Positions 46,478-52,674 of a stretch of 64,000 nucleotides of DNA are shown here, piece by piece. Position numbers and translations under genes: made by a program. The DNA comes from Endomicrobiales bacterium (GTDB taxonomy: Bacteria > Elusimicrobiota > Endomicrobiia > Endomicrobiales > JAFGIL01), in assembly GCA_016929635.1 (NCBI GenBank), contig JAFGIL010000004.1, positions 38,415-102,414 of the forward strand, read 5' to 3'. Within the stretch, counting starts at the first letter, position 1, and every line of letters starts with the position of its first letter. The notes under the pieces are model-generated. The model ran no database searches. It was given only the letters and a program-made list of their open reading frames with translations, and was not told the origin of the DNA.

Positions 46478-48111
46478 TTTTTAAGCCATATTATGATTCT
46501 GTTTAAAATATCCTGACTTTCAGATATATGTGCATTTGTGAAAATATCCGTATCCCCTGAAGCTAAAATACGGTCATTTGCTATCATTATTGTTGTATCT
46601 GATAAATCATTTTCACCTTTAGTTAGAGGAGATATCATGCCGGATCCGATATCTTCACCCCAGCACTTCTCATCACCTTTTATCCATACATCAAAATTGT
46701 TTTTTTCATACCCAACTATACATCCTTTATATACAGGATACTCAAAGAAAATGTTATCATCTTTACACAAGGCAAACCTGGAAAAAGTCATGCCAAAATT
46801 TGCCGCAATATCATTTAGAGGATCTCCTAATTTTTCAAATCCCATTTTTCTGGCACTTCTGCATATACTATCAGTCCCTTCCAATGCCAAGTGAAATTCC
46901 CCCAAAAGTATTATTCTCTTAGAAGAAGAAAGATCCGGAATTCTTTTATATTCTTCCAGCGGAGTGGCAATTAAAACTGCGTCATATTCCTTATATGAGC
47001 CTGATGAGCTGGAAAAAGTCAGGATACCGTTATCCCTAAGAAAACATGCCATTTTATACAGCCCGCTCAGCGACGCATCTGCTTTACGGGCGTAATGTGA
47101 TTCATCGATTAGAAACTTCATTCCTTCATTATTTTTAGGTAAAAGAAAATAAACTACTGCCATGCCTTTATCAGAGACGAACCTAACCCAACCATCCTTT
47201 TCAACTTTTATATTCCATACGCTTTTATTTTTTCTCTGTTTTACCAGATTGACCGTGCCACCTGAAATCTCCGGAGTTAAAATTTCTTCAGAGTATAAGG
47301 TAATTTCCATTTCATTGGCAGTAAACAAATTATAATCAGCAGGTATGGTCTTCTTTACCTCTTCTCCTGAAAGCCATTTTATTATTTCTAAAGTGAAATT
47401 TTTATTTTGGCCGTAAATAATGCCCCCATTCCAATAAAACTCCGAGTCCCCGATAGCTATAATTCTGCCATCACCATGCTTTTTATATACACCCGCAACA
47501 GCTTCTCCGTTTTTAATATTCTCATCCCTGACAACCAATAGAGGATTTACATCTTTATCATATGTCAAAGAAGCGCTGCAAAATAATCCAATATTTTCCA
47601 TCTTCAAAAAAGGAGAGGATGCTTTTATCCATGTATGTTTCTGTTTAATAGCTTTTTCTTCCGTTATTCTGATAGCATCGTTATTAAAATGTATGCCGTA
47701 GTTTGCAACAATTCCTTTCTGAAAGTCAGACATCCCCACTGAATTATCATGCTCGCTAATAACAAGTATACCGCCGCCTCTTTTGACAAACTCTCTCACT
47801 GCTTCAATTTCACCTGGTCTGTAGCTGGCATTCACTGCTTCGCTTAAAACCAAAACGTCTCCCTTGCCGAGGTCATTTATGATTTTATCTAAAGGGAGGG
47901 TATTTACGTCTACAATATATCCTTCATCCATTAAGCATGTTGCTAATTTGGATTTCCCAAAGAAACTTGTATCCCACACAGGCCAGCCCTGAAGGAAATG
48001 TGACTCATCAAAAACAACCTTAAAGGAACGGGGTGATTCTGCAAAAGATGCCTGAGATAAAAGAATTATATATATAAACATAATAATTAAACTGAATTTG
48101 CTTTTATGCAT
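46474..48111 (-). CDS. Secreted protein with two tandem class-I glutamine-amidotransferase-like (ThuA/DUF4350-type) domains; function unknown
   Basis: 545-aa ORF in the track. The N-terminal signal peptide is MHKSKFSLIIMFIYIILLSQASFA|E. There are two internally similar halves. The first is KVVFDESHF...GYIVDV...GDVLVLSEA...EIEAVREFVKRGGGILVISEH. The second is KFLIDESHY...GILTF...YDAVLIATP...RIILLGEFH. Its stop overlaps the giant gene's start (ATGA). The fold assignment comes from motif resemblance only. Confidence 0.85.
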   Translation of the reverse strand: MHKSKFSLIIMFIYIILLSQASFAESPRSFKVVFDESHFLQGWPVWDTSFFGKSKLATCLMDEGYIVDVNTLPLDKIINDLGKGDVLVLSEAVNASYRPGEIEAVREFVKRGGGILVISEHDNSVGMSDFQKGIVANYGIHFNNDAIRITEEKAIKQKHTWIKASSPFLKMENIGLFCSASLTYDKDVNPLLVVRDENIKNGEAVAGVYKKHGDGRIIAIGDSEFYWNGGIIYGQNKNFTLEIIKWLSGEEVKKTIPADYNLFTANEMEITLYSEEILTPEISGGTVNLVKQRKNKSVWNIKVEKDGWVRFVSDKGMAVVYFLLPKNNEGMKFLIDESHYARKADASLSGLYKMACFLRDNGILTFSSSSGSYKEYDAVLIATPLEEYKRIPDLSSSKRIILLGEFHLALEGTDSICRSARKMGFEKLGDPLNDIAANFGMTFSRFALCKDDNIFFEYPVYKGCIVGYEKNNFDVWIKGDEKCWGEDIGSGMISPLTKGENDLSDTTIMIANDRILASGDTDIFTNAHISESQDILNRIIIWLKK

Positions 48112-49717
48112 GATGCTGCCTCCAAATAGAAACTAAAACAATAACGTAATAAATATAGTAATTAATAAAATACAGGTTTTCCTGCCATTTTTTCTTTGTC
48201 ACCAAAATATATGATAAAATGCCGAAAATTACCGTATAAGAATAAAGCGCATTTATTCTTAAAATGATAGGAACGGAAATAAAGCCGATAAAAGATAGAA
48301 TACCGACTATTCTTCTGCCGTTTCTTTCGCCAAAAATTGTCGGTATTGTTTTTATGCCTGCCTTAGTATCGCCTTCAATATCTTTTATGTCTTTCATATT
48401 TATAGTCAGAAAGAAAGAAACCAGAAGAGCCAACGCAATCTTGGGCGGAAATGCATACAGATTTTCAGATCCGCTCAGCAATGAAAATCCTATAAGCATG
48501 GCCACAAGCCCGTTAAAAGCTACAAATAATGTAGAGAACGGGAAAATCTTCTTAATCCTAAACGGGGGCACAGAATAAAGCTGATAACATACAATAAACA
48601 GAATAGTTAAAAGAAACGCCCATATACTGGTTGAGAATGCAAAATATAAAGATAATATAAGAAAAATTTTACCAATAATTTTATAATCTTCCATCATTAT
48701 ATTTCCTTTGATCAAAGGCCTTTCGGGATTTGAAATTTTGTCTATTCCCTCATCGGCAATATCATTAGAAACAACCGCATACTGAAACGCAAAGAATAAT
48801 GCAAATGCTAAGCCGAACACCGCAATATAATCAAACGGACACTGAAAGGGATACGGCCAGTTTTTCCCTAAATTCCAGTAGCCGATAAATACTCCGCCAA
48901 CCAGCAAACCCAGATAGTGAATCACGCGATATATTCTGATGTTTTTTATTAATGAAACTAGTACTTTTTTATTATATAGATAAAGCCAAAGTATTGAAAA
49001 AACAGTAACAACAAAAAGCCATACAAGGGCTATTGCATATTCACTCCTGTCAAAAAATCCATATGTTAAAAACACTTTATAATATGCCCCAATATCTCTT
49101 CTGCTGGGAAAAGGAAGGAAATCTATTATATAAGCAGTATAAAGGGGTAATCCCAAAAACATCATCCAAGCATAACCTCCCAAAAAACCTAAAATTGATT
49201 TCCATAATTTGCTGGTTTTTATATAAATATACACTATCACTAATAAAATTATAAGCAGAAATTCTATTCTTAATCCAGTTGAAGCCCATTGCGAAAAACT
49301 TACCATGGGATTAAACGCATGAATAAAGAATCTCATGACTTCTTTTATTTCAAAAACGTATTTCATAGGGCACCCCGCCCCTTTGGAAATAATAAAGTCC
49401 AGAAGCGGCAAGGCCCATATAACAGGAGTAAACAATATGACAACTTTAGATATTTTGTCTATTCTTTCCTTTGTAAAAATATAAAGGACAAAAATTACAG
49501 CTAACGCTGCCCCGGTTATAAATAAATTATAGGAAGTAAATCTTAACAGCGCATAATAAGGCTCCTTCATGAATCCAAGGAAATGATTAGGATGTGATAG
49601 GACCGATTCAAGCATAAGGCGTACAAAAACAACAGAAATATATGCAAGTATCCAGTTCCAAAAACCAAGTTTTGTATTTTCAATTGATTCAATTAATCGT
49701 TTTAAGAATTTAGTCAT
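48104..49717 (-). CDS. Polytopic membrane protein: unknown ~300-aa multi-TM N-terminal domain fused to a UbiA-superfamily prenyltransferase domain
   Basis: 537-aa ORF, hydrophobic throughout. It carries both UbiA Asp-rich motifs: NDIADEGIDKISNPERPL (N-x3-D-x3-D) and KDIKDIEGDTKAGIKTIPTIFG. It overlaps the downstream gene by 8 nt and the upstream gene by 4 nt. Confidence 0.8.
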   Translation of the reverse strand: MTKFLKRLIESIENTKLGFWNWILAYISVVFVRLMLESVLSHPNHFLGFMKEPYYALLRFTSYNLFITGAALAVIFVLYIFTKERIDKISKVVILFTPVIWALPLLDFIISKGAGCPMKYVFEIKEVMRFFIHAFNPMVSFSQWASTGLRIEFLLIILLVIVYIYIKTSKLWKSILGFLGGYAWMMFLGLPLYTAYIIDFLPFPSRRDIGAYYKVFLTYGFFDRSEYAIALVWLFVVTVFSILWLYLYNKKVLVSLIKNIRIYRVIHYLGLLVGGVFIGYWNLGKNWPYPFQCPFDYIAVFGLAFALFFAFQYAVVSNDIADEGIDKISNPERPLIKGNIMMEDYKIIGKIFLILSLYFAFSTSIWAFLLTILFIVCYQLYSVPPFRIKKIFPFSTLFVAFNGLVAMLIGFSLLSGSENLYAFPPKIALALLVSFFLTINMKDIKDIEGDTKAGIKTIPTIFGERNGRRIVGILSFIGFISVPIILRINALYSYTVIFGILSYILVTKKKWQENLYFINYYIYYVIVLVSIWRQHHA

Positions 49718-51009
49718 GGCAAGCTCTCCGCATCTACGCGATTTAAGTAATTTTTCATAATTACAACGCTTAATTTAACGTCTTTAAATATTAATCTTCG
49801 ATGGTCCCAGATTCTTTTTGGAAAACTCATACGAAAATGGTTGTTCAAATCTTCATACACCTGTTTTAATCCTTCCTTTACTTCTCCTGCCGTCATATTT
49901 TTGGGTTTGAAGTTGCAGTTATACCAGGAATATTTTGACCAGTCATAGTTTAGTATCCTTTTTTCTTCATTTAAATGTTTAAACAATTGAGTTCCCGGAT
50001 ATGGGGTTAAGATATATAAAATTGCATCGTCCAGGTTCATTTCCTTTATCATTTCTGCGGTGCAGGAAAAAGTGCTTTTGTCGTCATTGTCAAACCCGAA
50101 CATAAAGAACCCGTCTACAAGGATCCCTTTTTTATGCATGGTTTCAATCGTTTTTTTATACTCATTAACCCTGTTATGGCTGATGTTGCTTAAATCCAGG
50201 GTATCTTGGTTTATGGATTGGAAACCCATGCTTACTGCATAGCACCCGGCCTCAGCCATTAAATCAAGCATTTCTTCTTCTTTTGCAATACTTACGGGTG
50301 ACTGAACAAACCATTTCTTTTTTAAGGGTGTAATTTTTTTCATGACATCTTTTACGTACTCTTTATCTACGAACAGATTATCATCTATCACAAATACATA
50401 CTTATCATTTATCCGGCTTATTTCCTCGTATATTCTTTCCGGGGTTCTCTTCCTGTAGTTTTTCCACGGCACGGACTGAAGATAACAGAAGTAGCAGCTG
50501 TTAACACATCCCCGTGTAAACTGGATGGGGGCGTGTAAATGCTTTTTTGCAAAAAGGTCTCTTCTGGGAATCGGCACATTGTCTAAACTTTCCGAATAAT
50601 TGCCGTTATAAACCTTTTTAAGCTCCTTTTTTTCCAAATCATTCAGCAGCTTCTGCCATACGGGCTCTGCTTCGCCGATTACGACTGAATCGCAGTAATT
50701 TGACGCTTCCTCAGGTATAATTGACGGATGAGGGCCTCCCAAAACCGTCTTTACTCCTGCTTTTCTGAATTTCGTTGAAATCTCGTACGCCCTCTTAGCG
50801 GTAAATGTCACCACTGTTATGCCTACTAAATCCCAATCAGACGAATACGTTATCTCTTCTATATCCTCATCAATGATCCGTACATTGTGCTCCTGCGACA
50901 ATGCTGCTATAATGCCCAAATTCAGAGGGGCAACGCGGTTAAGATCCCTGAATTTGTAAACATCGCCATTGATGAACCATTTTGGTTTTATTAAAAGAAT
51001 ATTCAGCAT
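49714..51009 (-). CDS. B12-binding-domain radical SAM enzyme (class B)
   Basis: 431-aa ORF. The N-terminal cobalamin-binding-like region is MLNILLIKPKW...APLNLGIIAALSQEHNVRIIDEDIE. It is followed by the radical SAM cluster motif FTRGCVNSCYFCY (C-x3-C-x2-C). Confidence 0.85.
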   Translation of the reverse strand: MLNILLIKPKWFINGDVYKFRDLNRVAPLNLGIIAALSQEHNVRIIDEDIEEITYSSDWDLVGITVVTFTAKRAYEISTKFRKAGVKTVLGGPHPSIIPEEASNYCDSVVIGEAEPVWQKLLNDLEKKELKKVYNGNYSESLDNVPIPRRDLFAKKHLHAPIQFTRGCVNSCYFCYLQSVPWKNYRKRTPERIYEEISRINDKYVFVIDDNLFVDKEYVKDVMKKITPLKKKWFVQSPVSIAKEEEMLDLMAEAGCYAVSMGFQSINQDTLDLSNISHNRVNEYKKTIETMHKKGILVDGFFMFGFDNDDKSTFSCTAEMIKEMNLDDAILYILTPYPGTQLFKHLNEEKRILNYDWSKYSWYNCNFKPKNMTAGEVKEGLKQVYEDLNNHFRMSFPKRIWDHRRLIFKDVKLSVVIMKNYLNRVDAESLP

Positions 51010-51029
51010 CTTTTCTCCCTGCTTGTATT

Positions 51030-51509
51030 CTAATTCATGCTTAGTACTTTCTGTCTTAATGCCATCAAATCCTTATACACTTCCCTTGTATTCGTAGGCA
51101 AATCCCCTTTTATATATATAACTTCCTGCTTTTTTTCGGTTACAATTAAAATTTTTGTCAGCAAGCTTTCACCTGTCTTTGTGGGTATTAATTCCTGCTT
51201 GAACCCGCCTTTATCCTTCAGTTTCTGTACCAGTGTTCTAAAATCTTCCTTCGGCTGCGTTATTGTTTTTTTGTCGGAATTAACCCCAGAACCTGTTTTA
51301 GTTCTGATAATTTTCCCGTTATCCTTCAGGGTAAGGATTTCTACTATGTCAGTGCCGAGAAGCTCACGTACTAACTTGATTTCTTTTACAATCTCTCTCT
51401 TGTTTATCCTAACCGTTTTTTCGTTCTCGGCAATGTTTGTCTTGCTGACTGTTGCACAGCCGAAAATAGAAAATGATAGAAATATCAATGCAATTTGTTT
51501 CAGTTCCAT
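51030..51509 (-). CDS. Small lipoprotein, function unknown
   Basis: 159-aa ORF. Its N-terminus MELKQIALIFLSFSIFGCATVSK has a lipobox-like S-I-F-G-C. The mature part is Lys/Glu-rich. Confidence 0.65.
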   Translation of the reverse strand: MELKQIALIFLSFSIFGCATVSKTNIAENEKTVRINKREIVKEIKLVRELLGTDIVEILTLKDNGKIIRTKTGSGVNSDKKTITQPKEDFRTLVQKLKDKGGFKQELIPTKTGESLLTKILIVTEKKQEVIYIKGDLPTNTREVYKDLMALRQKVLSMN

Positions 51510-51844
51510 ATTACTTCCTCATTCGGATCTTTGCTTTGAAATAAAATGCGTCCTTCTCTCATGGCCTGTTTATAGTGAGACAGCTTTGCAAACCCGAACT
51601 GGTCATCATCATCGTTTATCACAATATCCAGCTCTGCTAACGGGTCATGCAGATAACAATAAAAATTTCTCTGCAGATTAGTTAATGCAGAACCAACGTC
51701 ACTGCCGTATGCTCTTAAACTTGTTGAGAGCGGGCAATATGCTAAATATTGATCATTTATTTTTTCTAATATTATTATATATTTCATAAACGCGCCTTGT
51801 ACAAATATAAATAAAATATTCTTACTGACTATTAAATTTTTCAA
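51500..51844 (-). CDS. HicB/UPF0150-like small protein (antitoxin-like fold); the true start is probably the internal ATG at 51787
   Basis: From the internal Met the protein reads MKYIIILEKINDQYLAYCPLSTSLRAYGSDVGSALTNLQRNFYCYLHD. This resembles HicB-family N-termini (MKY-x-V-I-L-E-K-D-x-x-G-Y-x-A-Y-V-P...G.T.EEAL.N...A). An AAGG lies 9 nt upstream of the 51787 ATG. No HicA-like partner is visible. Confidence 0.5.
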   Translation of the reverse strand: MKNLIVSKNILFIFVQGAFMKYIIILEKINDQYLAYCPLSTSLRAYGSDVGSALTNLQRNFYCYLHDPLAELDIVINDDDDQFGFAKLSHYKQAMREGRILFQSKDPNEEVIWN

Positions 51845-51921
51845 AGATAAATCTAGTTTCCGTTACTTTTTTTGATTTTTTAGGGTCTAAACATTGGGTT
51901 TTGCAGGTATGTTTTGAGGTC

Positions 51922-52434
51922 TCATAACCGAAGGGTTTGGGGGGCTGTTTTCCGTCTGAGGAGTGAAAATTTGAGGTTGAAGAGGAAAAAATTGAGGAAT
52001 GATATTTTAAAAGCTAAAAAGCCCAATAAACAAATCAGGGCTTTATCCCACTTCTGTTTTGTATTGGGAGCCAGACAGCTAATGCACCTGTTGACTATAT
52101 ATCGCCAGCGTTTTGTGAATGCGAAAGCCGCCAGACTCAATTTTTTCTTTATAATCTCAAGCGAACGGGATATCGAGTGAATCTCTGAATATAATAATAA
52201 ATTATATAATCCCGAACGGAAAAGCATCTGAAGTTCAATTATAGCATTTTGATTTTCTATTGGTTGGTTATTTTCGTCGCGGGCATCCAAATCCTCAAAA
52301 GAATCACTAATTTGCGGCAGGAAATCTGACAAATAAAAAACTTCCGTTTTACTTGCACCCGTAGCATCCATACTAAATGGAAGTACAGTTAAAATAGCTA
52401 GGCATAAAATTAGTAACGGAAGTTTTACTTTCAT
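51922..52434 (-). CDS. Small secreted or membrane-associated hypothetical protein; first ORF behind the riboswitch-like leader
   Basis: 170-aa ORF. The signal-peptide-like N-terminus is MKVKLPLLILCLAILTVLPFSMDATGA. It is followed by an acidic segment and a hydrophobic C-terminal third. A GAAGG Shine-Dalgarno lies 5 nt upstream of the ATG. I recognise no family. Confidence 0.55.
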   Translation of the reverse strand: MKVKLPLLILCLAILTVLPFSMDATGASKTEVFYLSDFLPQISDSFEDLDARDENNQPIENQNAIIELQMLFRSGLYNLLLYSEIHSISRSLEIIKKKLSLAAFAFTKRWRYIVNRCISCLAPNTKQKWDKALICLLGFLAFKISFLNFFLFNLKFSLLRRKTAPQTLRL

Positions 52435-52437
52435 ATA

Positions 52438-52530
52438 GACCTTCGGCGGCCCGGCTGCCTTGTTCCGACATAACGTCGAAGTTTAGGCCCGCAGCTTTGC
52501 GACCTCTGGTTTCCCGGAGTGTGCCTTTTT
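52438..52530 (-). promoter_or_regulatory. c-di-GMP-I (GEMM-I) riboswitch candidate in the 5' leader of orf170
   Basis: The minus-strand RNA is GGCACACUCCGGGAAACCAGAGGUCGCAAAGCUGCGGGCCUAAACUUCGACGUUAUGUCGGAACAAGGCAGCCGGGCCGCCGAAGG. Its core GUCGCAAAGCUGCGGGCCUAAAC matches the Vibrio cholerae Vc2 aptamer core GACGCAAAGCCUCCGGCCUAAAC, as I recall it, at 19 of 23 positions. A GCACA element lies 5' of the core. A GAAA-capped hairpin (CUCCGG-GAAA-CCAGAG) sits where P2 would be. GCUGC pairs with GCAGC as in P3. The 3' tail GGCAGCCGGGCCGCCGAAGG resembles Vc2 GGUAGCGGGGUUACCGAUGG. The segment is GC-rich and structured within an AT-rich intergenic region, directly behind a strong promoter. Confidence 0.72.
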
Positions 52531-52553
52531 CGGGTATTTTTAGACCCTATTAT

Positions 52554-52582
52554 AATATAGCAGACCATAAAATCTTTGTCAA
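52554..52582 (-). promoter_or_regulatory. Sigma70-type promoter driving the riboswitch leader
   Basis: On the minus strand: TTGACA (52582..52577), a 17-nt spacer (aagattttatggtctgc), then TATATT (52559..52554). The predicted start is near the GGGUC at about 52547. Confidence 0.6.
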
Positions 52583-52674
52583 GTCTTTTTGCTATATATT
52601 TTTTTCTGAAAAAATGAATTTTTATTATTGTTAAAATGCATTGTATTTTGAGTCATATTTAAATCTGCATTAAA

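Noticed and set aside
1560-44975. Regular ~370-nt periodicity could suggest a CRISPR array or satellite DNA
   Set aside because: The period is far too long. There is no alternation of identical repeats with unique spacers. The copies are divergent and the whole region is one open reading frame encoding protein modules.
7-46113. All 60-118-aa ORFs listed by the track inside the first 46 kb (for example 10495..10830 +, 23092..23418 -, 44970..45278 +)
   Set aside because: They lie antisense to, or out of frame with, the continuous giant reading frame. They have low-complexity or odd compositions (Cys/Arg/His-rich) and no recognisable motifs. The minus-strand ones all occupy the two alternative frames.
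1-46477. Alternative genetic code or stop-codon reassignment as the reason the track shows no long ORF
   Set aside because: The giant frame is open in the standard code, and all flanking genes translate normally with standard stops. The ORF was omitted simply because it lacks a stop inside the window.
51037-51681. 214-aa plus-strand ORF
   Set aside because: It is antisense to the lipoprotein and HicB-like genes. Its composition is Ser/Phe/Leu/Val-rich and low-complexity, typical of an antisense frame of Lys/Glu-rich genes. It has no start context.
51876-51960. A second riboswitch-like element on the plus strand, because GGGTCTAAA recurs at 51883
   Set aside because: No GCAAAGC core, GNRA hairpin or upstream promoter is present, and the segment overlaps the 3' end of orf170. 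The short repeat is kept only as one arm of the weak inverted repeat finding.
51914-52180. 88-aa plus-strand ORF opposite orf170
   Set aside because: It has no promoter or ribosome-binding site and is Arg/Lys-rich antisense-type sequence. The minus-strand ORF has an SD, a signal peptide and the riboswitch leader.
52438-52530. SRP (4.5S) RNA, suggested by GUCGGAACAAGGCAGCC resembling the domain IV motif GGAAGCAGCC
   Set aside because: The sequence does not fold into the single long SRP hairpin, and the 5' strand lacks the conserved loop residues. The match to the GEMM-I core (CGCAAAGC...GGGCCUAAAC) and the position as a 5' leader abutting an SD and ATG fit a riboswitch much better.
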